From the NCBI GenBank assembly GCA_950097015.1, contig CATNEN010000032.1, forward strand, positions 1,116,001 through 1,180,000: 64,000 nucleotides of DNA, read 5' to 3'. Both the position numbers and the translations under genes were made by a program. The DNA is from Macrostomum hystrix. Its lineage: Eukaryota > Animalia > Platyhelminthes. Numbering within the stretch: the stretch's first letter is position 1; every line of letters starts with the position of its first letter. Positions 1 through 10,998 of this stretch are shown in pieces. The notes beneath the pieces are model-generated. The model was not told the DNA's origin and made no database searches. It saw nothing but the letters and a program-made list of their open reading frames with translations.

Positions 1-1
1 C

Positions 2-1000
2 ATCCAGCGAGGTTATAGAGCACTCGCTAAGGAACAGTTGAGTGATGCTGGAGCCACCAATCAGGGCGTCATTACTAATGCTGCTTAAGCTGCGACTTCC
101 TCCTAGGTGCAGCAGGTTGAGGCTTGGAAAATTATCAGATGGGAGAAATCCTGAGGGTAGCTGGGACCAGCCAGTGGATTTCAGGATCAAGTTGACAAAC
201 TGGTTGGAGAAGGTGACCGCCTTCAAAGCTGCCGCAAAGTTCTCCACTGGCAAGCCGGGGTTGTCGCCCAGGTCCAAGTTGGTTAGACTTTTAGCCAGTG
301 ACGTCAGCGCCGCCGGCTCCACAGACTTCAAGCCGACAGCGTTCATCTTCAGAGACTTGAGGGAACCAGCTTGGCCGATGGCTGTGAGAGTTGAGTTGGT
401 GAGGCTGCTGAACTTATTCTTCGTGAGGATGAGGGATTGCAGGCTGGTGCAATTTGAATATGACGGCGGTGCCGCATGAGCTTCGCTCAGCTGGTTCTCG
501 TCGACGCCAAGGTGCGTGAGGCTGGAGCCGACATCGTTACACAGTTCTGGCCAATCAGTGAGCTTATTGCGGGTCAGGTACAGTAGTTTGAGACTTCTCA
601 GGCCAACAAGGTCACCGGCTCGGATGCTCTCGAGCTTGTTATCCACAATGTGCAGCTCCAATAGCTGCGAAAGATTAGCCAGTTTGCCGTCAATGCGCTT
701 GATGCTGTTCCTGTTCAGAATGAGGATCTGGGTGTCGGCCGGAATGCCGTCAGGGACGCTGGAGAAGCCAGCTTTTGAGCAGTCGACTTTCTTGAGCGAG
801 GTCTGGTGTTTCCGGATTGCATTACTGCAGTTGCAGTGTGCGGGACAATATTCAGCGCTGTCCGACGTGTCTTCTAAATCAGGATTGTCAAGGAACGCAG
901 TCGGGCCGATCAGCGCTAGGACTAGCAGGGCGCAGAAGACAATGACGGAAACTCCGGATAGCTTAGTGAGAGGTCTGCAGAGTATCAATGCGCAGGCCAT
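2..1000 (-). CDS. Extracellular leucine-rich-repeat protein (N-terminal hydrophobic leader, LRRNT cap, multiple LRRs); 3' part lies beyond the window edge
   Basis: Manual translation from ATG at 1000-998 is open to the window edge: MACALILCRPLTKLSGVSVIVFCALLVLALIG...EYCPAHCNCS...VDCSKAGFSSVPDGIPADTQILILNRNSI...LLELHIVDNKLESI...LKLLYLTRNKLTDW...LTHLGVDENQLS...LQSLILTKNKFSSL...LTNLDLGDNPGL. The repeated LxxLxLxxNxL pattern and Cys cap are clear. A likely 5' UTR intron has a GTAAGT donor at 1529 and a CAGCAG acceptor at about 1003-1008. Confidence 0.9.
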   Translation of the reverse strand, partial: MACALILCRPLTKLSGVSVIVFCALLVLALIGPTAFLDNPDLEDTSDSAEYCPAHCNCSNAIRKHQTSLKKVDCSKAGFSSVPDGIPADTQILILNRNSIKRIDGKLANLSQLLELHIVDNKLESIRAGDLVGLRSLKLLYLTRNKLTDWPELCNDVGSSLTHLGVDENQLSEAHAAPPSYSNCTSLQSLILTKNKFSSLTNSTLTAIGQAGSLKSLKMNAVGLKSVEPAALTSLAKSLTNLDLGDNPGLPVENFAAALKAVTFSNQFVNLILKSTGWSQLPSGFLPSDNFPSLNLLHLGGSRSLSSISNDALIGGSSITQLFLSECSITSLD

Positions 1001-1052
1001 ATCTGCTGTACAGGTACCGTATGAAAGGTTTGGGCAGTTAGATTTGTGAACT

Positions 1053-1407
1053 GCAGCTGGATCTGCAGCTAGAATCGCAGCTAGAATCGCAGCTAGAATC
1101 GCAGCTGGATCTGCAGCTAGAATCGCAGCTGGATCTGCAGCTGGATCCGCAGCTAGAATCGCAGCTGGATCTGCAGCTAGAATCGCAGCTGGATCTGCAG
1201 CTGGATCCGCAGCTAGAATCGCAGCTGGATCTGCAGCTGGATCCGCAGCTAGAATCGCAGCTGGATCTGCAGCTGGATCCGCAGCTAGAATCGCAGCTGG
1301 ATCTGCAGCTGGATCCGCAGCTAGAATCGCAGCTGGATCTGCAGCTGGATCCGCAGCTAGAATTGCAGCTGGATCTGCAGCTGGATCCGCAGCTAGAATC
1401 GCAGCTG
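1053..1407. repeat. 12-bp minisatellite (gcagctagaatc / gcagctggatct / gcagctggatcc), about 30 copies
   Basis: Tandem units visible directly; lies in the predicted 5' UTR intron of the LRR gene. Confidence 0.95.
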
Positions 1408-1942
1408 GGTCTATTTTTCTAAGGAATGACTTCAGTTAGAGTGTTCAATATTGTTTAACTGCTAAGAAAGATATTACATTTTTCTCGCGAGAATAAAATG
1501 CAATGAGTTACAATAGCCTCTGTACTTACCTATCTGTTGGTCTTGCAAAACAGTTGTCGCTTATATAAATTGTAATTTGAGATCAGTTAAAGCCGGCCGA
1601 GTTTCTACCCGGAGTTGGCACACAGATTTATTTTATGCCGAATCACTTGGCCAAAATTTCTTGGAAAATCAGCCCTGGCAGAGAGGCTACTTTTAGATCA
1701 ATGTACTCAACGAGAATGTGCAATTTATTTCCTGGAATACTAGATTGTTCAGCTGTTGTTTAGAAATTAATCGCGTCACAATTATAAATAGAATTTTCGT
1801 TTTACGAGGTAGCCATTTGTACATTCGGTCATTTATAGCTAGCATCTAGTATCTATTTGCTAGCTATAGAAGTTCATAAGTTTAGTTTAAGAGAAAAACC
1901 TATTAATAAAAACACAAGATTGATGCTAAAATACTGAGCTCT

Positions 1943-3052
1943 TGTAGTGTCAGCTTGTTTGCCCTTCTATCTCCCCGTGTTATTATTCAGTACTTATTTT
2001 TAGACACGTGCATTTTGCTAAGAGTTCACCCACGCCAAGCCGGGCCGGACCAGCTGGGGGAACGGACGCCCACCACCCCGCTAGCGCTACCCCTGGGCTA
2101 CGGTCCCGGCCAATCAGCGAGCGACCCGGCCTCACTACCTGTCTACCCTCGGCAAGAAGCGACCCCGGGGCTCAGAACGGCGGTCGCAAGTCTACCGTGA
2201 TTTGTCGCCTTGGCTCAAGCTACAGCCAGGCATCCACCTCGCCGATCGACCTAATTTGGGGTTAAAATGTCTCTATAAAAGGAAGCGTGTTTTTGCAGTG
2301 ACTTTTATCGTTCTCCGCAATTCGCCTCACACTGTGAGAAGCACGTGCAAACCAGTCCACTTGTTTTGTCTCTCCCCGCCCGACCACGCTCCGCTTGTTC
2401 AGTTAGGTAGCTTTCGGCGCTACGCGTCTTGAGAGTGCGCCGCTGACAAGGGTGGTCTAGATAGGCGCTTGTTGTCGAAGTCAGTACGTACTCTCTTCGG
2501 AGACTCCGCCGTCAGGCAGAAGGAGTGCCAACCGATAGGATCTGTCGGGGCAGCGCTGATAGCAGAGACAACCAGAGCCTCTCGGGAAGACTAGGGCGCG
2601 GATTAGGCCAGTTTAAGTAAAATTGTTATATCCAAATTGTTAGACCAGACTTGCTTCTCACTGTGAGCGCGCTATAATTTATTTCCGTGTGAACATCTAT
2701 TCTGTCAGTATAACTTTTAAGTCAAGTAAACGATATTCAAAGTAATTCCTATTCGTATCTGGAATCTTAGTCACAGCCGATTAACTCACTCCCAATCAAT
2801 TTATTCGAGTCTTCGCGTTCATGCTGTGTTATTCTTTTTCATTGGGAGTTTCGCCGGGCCGGCCGGAGGACGACACGCGGGTCTCATCGCTTATCTATTC
2901 CACTTCGCTCGCTACCGCAGTCTCTAACGCTATTTAATTCCAGATTCCCTGCTGCTATTGAAACGATTGGTAGGACACCGACCCCGGTGAATAGTGAATA
3001 GTCGCTAGCTTTAAATTCCTCACGCTCCAGCTAGGACATTCATTTTATTACA
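1943..3052. mobile_element. Candidate solo LTR (about 1.1 kb)
   Basis: Begins TGTA (1943) and ends TACA (3052); flanked by identical ctct at 1939-1942 and 3053-3056 (possible 4-bp TSD). GC-richer than its flanks, with no convincing ORF. A 4-bp match could be chance. Confidence 0.45.
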
Positions 3053-4250
3053 CTCTGCCATCTTATCCATGCACTTTTTGTATAATTTTCCCTTGCCTGT
3101 CCCTATTTCGCGGGTGTGAGCCTTTGACAAGCATTCCGCTACCCAATAACGCGCATGTGGGATGCATGTTTTTGTCCAAGAACGCGTGTTATTATCCATA
3201 GACAATGTTTTATCGACTTTATAAAAAAGCTGATTTCGTAACGATAAATAATTATGATAATAAAAAATTACTATCAAATCACGCAGATTCTTGTAGTTAA
3301 TCAACAGCGGAATAATTTTTCCTCTGGTTGTCATTCAGGCTCGTTGGAAAAAAAGAATTTTATTTACTACTCATTCCTTTGCTCTCTCTTCTCTTCTGAC
3401 GTGGACATGACACAGAAACCCTGGCTTGTCAGTTAAATTAGTTTATGGCTTAATTCACACCCTCTCTTTTCAGTTAAAATTGTCTATGGCCATTTACTCT
3501 CCACCACCGATAACTTCTGCCGAGACTGCGAGTTATATTGCCTTTCCAGACCATAGACTACTAGTCTGAAAGGAAACACTAGTCAATGCACTCATCTGCA
3601 TCCCAACTGCAGAATAATATACCATTATCCATTAAGTCCGAATAAATGCATTTTCTCTCATTGTTTTAACGTAGCCGCTCAAAATCGCTGCACTCTACTC
3701 ACAGTAAAGCAGTAAGGAAGCGAAACTATACTTATAAACGATTGCCAAAAATCATCAAGCGTTATAGTAATTGCGCAGTCAAGTGTGTATTAACGGCCAG
3801 TGAAAAATAGCAATTATCTTCTGCTAAAAATTCAACAGGATTAGAATATTAGATCTCATCTGTATCTTGATTATCTTCTTCAAAAAAGGCTGCCTGATTA
3901 AAGACAACATGTTTTCAGCCTAAGAACCCTTCTTTATCTGTTTAAGGTATAATTTGTGCATTTCGAGTATATTTTTAATCAAACAAAATGCTACTCGATA
4001 CAGAGCTCGTGACAATGAGCTCGTTTGCAAGATTTTCTTTTAAGAAAATAAGATTTAAGATTTAAGATAAGCCGAGCAATAACCAATCGACATCCTGTCA
4101 AACAGTATCCTGGCCCCAGGCCAGCCAATAGGATTGCGACAAAAACTCCGCTACAGATAAATGCTCCAATTTTGCTGCTAACGAGGACCAGCAACATAGT
4201 CAGGTGCTCACCGCAATCGCAGTAAATTATTTCTATAATCAAAGCAAGCC

Positions 4251-4627
4251 ATGCTTGAGCACAATTGTCTCACAGTCAATGCCACGGAGTACACTGACCT
4301 CCTGCACATCGAATCTCTGCGCCTGTCTATGGCAGCAGTCTGGGTGGCAGTTGGTGTGGTCATGTTCATTGGCAATTTGCTGGTCATTGGCTCCATCGCC
4401 TGCTACAGAGCCATGCGCACTGTCACCAACTGTTACATACTGAATCTGGCCATCACAGACCTGCTGGTGTCCGTGATTGTACTGCCCCTCAAAGGAGTCC
4501 AGCTGCTGGGTCCCTGCAGGCTGTCGGCCCAGCTCTTCAACTCTCTGGGCTGCGCCGTGGTGACCTTCTTCCTCATGCTGTTGGTGTTCACGAGCCTGCT
4601 CACGCTGGTGGTCATTTCCTTGGAGCG
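4251..4627 (+). CDS. Class A (rhodopsin-like) peptide-type GPCR, exon 1 of 3 (TM1-TM3)
   Basis: GNLLVI (TM1), LAITDLLV (TM2), SLER; donor CG|GTGAGT at 4628, phase 2. Confidence 0.92.
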
Positions 4628-4788
4628 GTGAGTTGACAAGTAGTCATATGCTTAATTGCAGTCCCTGAGATGCGTACAGGCAATCTATGCTGGCCCCAGC
4701 AATCCTTAGCTGGCAGAAATGCACTTTTTCCTAGGTTTTTGTCTGAAGTTGTTAAAATAGTTTTAAAACATTTAAGTCGAACTTCGTG

Positions 4789-4943
4789 AGGGCAATCCTC
4801 GGCGGGCAACCCTCGGCGGGCAACCATCAGTGGGCAACCCTCAGTGGGCAACCATCAGTGGGCACCACTCAGTGGGCAACCGTCCGTGGGCAACCTTCAG
4901 TGGGCAACCCTCAGTGGGCAACCCTCAGTGGGCAACCCTCGGC
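4789..4943. repeat. 14-bp minisatellite (tgggcaaccctcag), about 11 copies, GPCR intron 1
   Basis: Direct tandem units. Confidence 0.9.
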
Positions 4944-5270
4944 GGAGTGTTTTAATTTTAATAAACGCGGTGTATCTTTAATGACAAATGACTCATAATG
5001 AATGCCTTAATTTAAAAAGAAATAAAATTTAAACATTACTAACCGGTCGATGTCGTAGAAGTTTTATAAAAATGTCCCAAATAAGAGCGAAAATATAAGT
5101 TTTGTTAGTAAGTCAAAACGGCCCTAATAAGGGTCGCACAATATGTCAGATTAGTCAAACAAATCTGAAAGTCATTATACTTTTCTGTGACGTTTAGTAT
5201 ATTTATACTTTAATAATAATATGCAACCATGTCATCTCATCCTCCGTCTCCGTCTGTCTCCTCGGCGCAG

Positions 5271-5667
5271 CTTCATGGCGATTGTACACCCACTGCGCAG
5301 CCTGCTGTTCCAGTCTCGCAGCCGTACCTGCCTCTTCATCCTGCTCACCTGGTGCCTGCCGTGCGTGTTCTGCCTAGTGCAGGCCTTCCATCCGGCCGCG
5401 GTGCCATTCCACGGCGCCAGCCGCTACGGCAGCCTACAGAATCAGCACTGCCTGGACAGCTTCAGCCAGGCTGGCCGCACAGCCTACGTCCTGTCCTCCT
5501 TCGCCCTGCTGTTCCTCTGCCCGCTGGCTGTGGTCATTTTCACATCCGGCGCCATAATTCGGGCCCTGATGCGACCGGCGCCCGGCGAGGACACCGCTGG
5601 AGTCGGAGGAGGCGGCGGCGGAGTGGGAGGAATCGGCACACAGGCCAGGGAGGAGAACAAGCGAAAG
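5271..5667 (+). CDS. Class A GPCR, exon 2 of 3 (ERF motif completion, TM4-TM5, ICL3)
   Basis: Acceptor ...ctcggcgcag|C completes CGC, giving SLERFMAIVHPL; donor AAG|GTTGGG at 5668, phase 0. Confidence 0.9.
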
Positions 5668-6781
5668 GTTGGGATCTAAATGGGATTTTTTTCTATTTTA
5701 ACGCGGATAGATATGACCCCTGGCAGTGCAAGTCAGTGGCACAGCTGCAGCTATTGCGCGGCGCTGTGTACAGGCTGTGTACACTCCAGCTAATGCCAGT
5801 ATGCCATTTTACAGCTGTGTACAGCCCTGTGTACTCCCTAGCTTATTTTGGTACCCATTTAATAGCTGTATACAGCCCTGTATACACCCCAGCTAATGCT
5901 GGTACCAAATTAACAACTGTGTGAATTGAAGCACTGGGTTATTAAGTGTCTTGCTTAATGAAACATATTGCTTTAAGGCTTCATGCATGGGTTGAAGCAC
6001 AGAGCAATGATAATCTAAAAGCCAGCCTACTGTCCAGTGGGCCAGCCACTGTGAGCATACTCACAGTATTTGAATTGGAGGCCCTTGCATAAGCCAATAC
6101 GTTAAATCTGGGCCAAAGAAATCAACTGTTAATCTGCTGGGACAAATCCGCGAGTTATCGGGCCGGGCCGGGACCCGGGCATTAGCTGATGCGGCTGAGC
6201 CTTGTAAATCAAGGAAATTGCATTTGCGCACCCGGGTTCAGCAGGGGAGGGCTGGTAATGAAATGCATGACACCCAGCATTGTCAGTACAGAAATTCGCT
6301 CCAGCAGCCTCAATAGCCCGCCCTAATCCCTGGGAGATTGATCCTCAAAAACAGTTTCCCTGTTCAGTTAAAAGAACTAGATATAGATGCTGGCTTTCCT
6401 GGACTAGATTCATTCCATTACTCAAAAGCTTCCTTCCTGCCCGGACCGGACAGTCTTACTTTTTATTGCTCAGAACAGAGTCCTGCCTCCTGCGTGTCTC
6501 TGTGCGGGTCTGTTTAGACAAGGAAAAGTTGTCCAAGCGTTTGCCACCTGAGTTGGACACCGATGACTGCTGAGCAGCCCAGGACAAGTCGCTTATCCGA
6601 CTCTGACGAATGCGTTTCGTAGAAGAGAATGGCCTAACTTAGAGAATGATAATAGATTCTGGAAAATGGCTTATTCCACTAAAGGGTAGAGAAAATTGGA
6701 TTAGAAATGAGAGAATGAGATGAGAGAGACCTGCACTTAAAAGAATGCTAAAATCTTGTAGCTTCGACTGTCAATGAAAAC

Positions 6782-6782
<1 letters not shown>

Positions 6783-6873
<91 letters not shown>

Positions 6874-6898
6874 AAGTTAGTTAGTTAGTTAGTAAGTA

Positions 6899-6973
<75 letters not shown>

Positions 6974-7000
6974 AAGTTAGTTAGTTAGTTAGTTAGTTAG
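6783..7000. repeat. (TTAG)n microsatellite, left block
   Basis: About 54 ttag units with occasional taag. Confidence 0.98.
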
Positions 7001-7063
7001 ACGAATGTAAAGAAACCACGCACACAGAGTAGGAATCTCTCTTAATTGCAAGTTGAATCAGTC

Positions 7064-7102
7064 GACCAATATTTCGGCCCTTACTGGGCCTTCGTCAGGG
7101 TC
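7064..7102 (-). ncRNA. Minimal type I hammerhead ribozyme, copy 1
   Basis: Minus strand reads GACC-CUGACGA-A-GGCCC-AGUAA-GGGCC-GAA-AUAU-U^GGUC. Stem I GACC/GGUC, core CUGANGA, 5-bp stem II, GAAA, palindromic AUAU in place of stem III, AUU cleavage triplet (predicted cut between 7068 and 7067). Confidence 0.85.
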
Positions 7103-7344
7103 CGTTTATTTGAGAAGCGAAGAGAGCGAAGTTTGAGCGAGACTTTTATAGCGACAAATAAATGGTATTGAGAGTGGATAGGCTGAGCAGGCACGATGAA
7201 CAAGTGTACATGCAGCCAACTAAAAATGTGCCAGAGACTTAAAGGTCTTAGAGTCAAATTCAAAAATGAATGAAGCATCGCTAACATTCAACCAGGAATA
7301 GGGTGGGTAGCAAACGATAAAATTTTGCAGCGAACACACAAAGG

Positions 7345-8090
7345 TCACGGCTGACATGGGCAGTTCAAACAGGAACGAAGAGTTTTAACTGAATGAAAAG
7401 AATGACTGCAACTGGCAGGTTGGGGAAGTCTGAGCGCAGACCTTCCGCGTGCCGAGTCCCTGAAGCACAGGCAACTCGACCCTGCCGTCTGGGGCCCGAC
7501 GTTGTCACGACCGACGTTGGGCAGATGATGTAGGACACAATTGAAGGGCAGATCGACTGCTCCAGGCAGGTGGGGAAGTCTGAGCACAGACCTTCCGGGT
7601 GTCGAGCCCCTGAAGCACAGGCAACTCGACCCTGCAGTCTGCGATCCAAACTGGTCATGGCTGACATTGGACAGATGATGTAGGACACAATTGAAGGGCA
7701 GACCGACTGCTTCTGGCAGGTGGGGAAGTCTGAGCACAGACCTTCCGGGTGTCGAGCCCCTGAAGCACAGGCAACTCGACCCTGCAGTCTGCGATCCAAA
7801 CTGGTCATGGCTGACATTGGACAGATGATGTAGGACACAATTGAAGGGCAGGATGACTGCTTCTGGCAGGTGGGGAAGTCTGAGCACAGACCTTCCTGGT
7901 GTCGAGCCCCTGAAGCACAGGCAACTCGACCCTGCAGTCTGCGATCCAAACTGGTCATGGCTGACATTGGACAGATGTTGTAGAGCACAATAGAAGGACA
8001 GAATGACTGCTTCTGGCAGGTGGGGAAGTCTGAGCACAGACCTTCCGGGTGTCGAGCCCCTGAAGCACAGGCAACTCGACCCTGCTGTAG
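7345..8090. repeat. 150-bp tandem repeat, about 5 copies, inside the hammerhead element
   Basis: Matching motif ggcaggtggggaagtctgagcacaga recurs at about 7414, 7565, 7715, 7865 and 8015. Confidence 0.95.
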
Positions 8091-8156
8091 TGCTGATGCC
8101 GGTGGTGCAACTCGTACGAAATCGGTGCAGATGTTCTCGGCTCGAGTCAACGTCAT
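7365..8156 (-). CDS. Hypothetical 263-aa ORF of Cys-rich 50-aa repeats carried inside the hammerhead element
   Basis: ATG-initiated and open across the 150-bp array on the same strand as the ribozymes. A second frame (7345-8196) is also open, so openness may be a by-product of the repeat. Confidence 0.25.
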   Translation of the reverse strand: MTLTRAENICTDFVRVAPPASALQQGRVACASGARHPEGLCSDFPTCQKQSFCPSIVLYNICPMSAMTSLDRRLQGRVACASGARHQEGLCSDFPTCQKQSSCPSIVSYIICPMSAMTSLDRRLQGRVACASGARHPEGLCSDFPTCQKQSVCPSIVSYIICPMSAMTSLDRRLQGRVACASGARHPEGLCSDFPTCLEQSICPSIVSYIICPTSVVTTSGPRRQGRVACASGTRHAEGLRSDFPNLPVAVILFIQLKLFVPV

Positions 8157-8347
8157 TGGTGATTCGCAGGTCTCTTTCGTACTGACTTCGTCTCAATCAG
8201 AGCCAAGTGCGGCTTCTTAACGGCAATAAACAATTCAACAGAAAAAAAGAAGAGAAACCAAACACTGGTCCCGGGAGTAGATAGACGAATGTAAAGAAAC
8301 CACGCACACAGAGTAGGAATCTCTCTTAATTGCAAGTTGAATCAGTC

Positions 8348-8386
8348 GACCAATATTTCGGCCCTTACTGGGCCTTCGTCAGGGTC
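8348..8386 (-). ncRNA. Minimal type I hammerhead ribozyme, copy 2
   Basis: Identical to copy 1, 1284 bp away (predicted cut between 8352 and 8351). Confidence 0.85.
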
Positions 8387-8628
8387 CGTTTATTTGAGAA
8401 GCGAAGAGAGCGAAGTTTGAGCGAGACTTTTATAGCGACAAATAAATGGTATTGAGAGTGGATAGGCTGAGCAGGCACGATGAACAAGTGTACATGCAGC
8501 CAACTAAAAATGTACCAGAGACTTAAAGGTCTTAGAGTCAAATTCAAAAATGAATGAAGCATCGCTAACATTCAACCAGGAATGGGTGGGTATAGTAAAC
8601 GATAAAATTTTGCAGCGAACACACTTTC

Positions 8629-9321
<693 letters not shown>

Positions 9322-9632
9322 CAGAGGTTGTAGCCTAGTGGTTAGGGCGTCGGACTCACGACTTAAAGGTCGGGGTTCGATTCCCGACTCCACTGGAACA
9401 ATTTGCGTCCTTTAGCAAGACACTTAACTCTGCATTGCTTCAGTTCACCCAGCTGTTAAATGGGTACCAGCATCAGCTGGGATAATTGAAGGTGGGTGTG
9501 GCGTCTTCCAAGTCCGTGGACTGAACAGCTGTACGCAGCCTTCAGATGCGCCGCGCATTAGCTGCGGCTGTGCTGTCGGCTGCACATCTGACCCAATTGG
9601 GGCAGGTGTAATCAATTATTATTATTATTATT
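9322..9632 (+). mobile_element. tRNA-derived SINE with CORE-like central region and (ATT)n tail
   Basis: A box gtagcctagtgg, B box ggttcgattcc, then gtcctttagcaagacacttaac...cccagctgttaaatgggtacc (resembles the CORE-SINE domain) and an (att)n end; inserted in the (TTAG)n tract. Confidence 0.85.
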
Positions 9633-9992
9633 AGTTAGTTAGTTAGTTTGTTAGTTTGTTAGTTAGTTTTTTGTTTGTTTGTTACTAAGTTACAATCAGC
9701 AATCGGGTTACCCCGGCTGTGCTGGTGACGGAGTGCATTTGAGAGCAATTATGGGCGTGGCTCATGTATTGATCTGAGGGGTTGAAAGCAATCTTGTCGC
9801 TCTCTGGATTTTGAGTGACTGCGAATGCAAAATAAGTACCGTTTAAGCAGAATTCCGGCTCCGGGAACTGTATCAGTTATGGGTTAGGCTAGGAAACATG
9901 AACTCGCAAATCCATCGAATGAAACGTTTTTTTTCAACCACAGATGTTTTATATGCGATCTATAAAAAATTGAACTTTTAACACTCGGCCAG

Positions 9993-10436
9993 GTCGCCAA
10001 GATGATCATTGTGGTTGCCTGCCTCTACCTGGTTTCCTGGGCACCCTGGTACACCGTCAACCTGGCGGGCCTGTTCTACACGGACTTGTTCAACGAGAAC
10101 TTCACCTTCCTCATGGCCCTGTTGCACCTGGTCGGCTTTGTCAACTCCACTAGCAATCCCATTGTGTACTATTTCATGTCGCAGCGGTTCAGGAACTGCT
10201 ACCACCGCCTGCTGGCCGGCCTCTGTTGCCGCCGACTGCAGCCTCCGGTCAACCAGTCCGTTGGCGGTGGCGCCGTAGCTTCCGTGGCTTCCGGCAACGG
10301 AGCTCGACTCAGGCAGCAGCAGCAGCAGCAGCGACGGCAGCAGCAGACTCACGCTACGGAGTCGGTCGCAATGCAACCGTTGCTAAGCAGAGGGGCGGCA
10401 GCTGACGCGGGCGGGGGTGAACGTCGAGTCGAGTGA
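9993..10436 (+). CDS. Class A GPCR, exon 3 of 3 (TM6-TM7, C-tail); full protein about 405 aa
   Basis: Acceptor ggccag|GTC gives ENKRK-VAKMII; VSWAP (CWxP-like), SNPIVYYFMSQRFR (NPxxY plus helix 8), CC palmitoylation-like site, TGA at 10434-10436. Confidence 0.92.
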   Translation, partial: VAKMIIVVACLYLVSWAPWYTVNLAGLFYTDLFNENFTFLMALLHLVGFVNSTSNPIVYYFMSQRFRNCYHRLLAGLCCRRLQPPVNQSVGGGAVASVASGNGARLRQQQQQQRRQQQTHATESVAMQPLLSRGAAADAGGGERRVE

Positions 10437-10998
10437 GATTAAAACAAGCATGTTGCTATGGCAACGGTGCATTGGCCTCATAATTGCCATGAACTACTGT
10501 CAGACTTTAAAATCTGTAGCTTAAATGTCAATAATTTGTTTAATCCCGATTGCAATTCCACATTTTTCCTCATTTGTTTTTTATAGGAATCAATCATTTG
10601 AACTCTCTAAATTATATGCGCTCGTTACCTTATTGCTTAGTTTTTAGATATTACAATTTAAGTCTAGTTGAAATTCCCAAACTATAATAGTGTCCCTGAA
10701 TATTAACTAACTGTATTTATATCGACGTTACCAAACAGCTTGTTGATCTTCTTCATCGGCAAATAATTAAAATGCTTCAATGAGACACTGTAACAAAAAA
10801 ATACAAATTTCTACAAAAAATGCTGTCATCAAACCCGATTTGTACATTACATACTAATGTATGTATGCTTTGTTATTCTAACGACTTAAACCTCAAGCAC
10901 CAACAGTTAAATTGCGGCGAGCTAAACCATTTTTTCACAAAGATAAAAAACTGGCGATTAATTCTTTCATATCTCAGAGATGAGAAATGACCATTGAG

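Larger units (their letters stand above)
6998..8624 (-). mobile_element. Hammerhead-ribozyme-bearing non-autonomous retroelement (Penelope-like pseudo-LTR / retrozyme-like architecture)
   Basis: Direct repeats 6998-7339 and 8282-8624 (offset 1284, only a few differences), each with a hammerhead core on the minus strand. Internal 150-bp array; (TTAG)n on both sides; no RT or endonuclease ORF visible. Confidence 0.8.

Noticed and set aside
42-1049. Plus-strand ORFs 42-479 and 516-1049
   Set aside because: Antisense shadows of the LRR coding sequence on the minus strand.
6603-6620. ctgacgaatgcgtttcg resembling a hammerhead core
   Set aside because: No stem II followed by GAAA on either strand.
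9322-9400. tRNA gene (also 33393-33470)
   Set aside because: A and B boxes are present but there is no complete cloverleaf; both continue into SINE bodies with (ATT)n tails.
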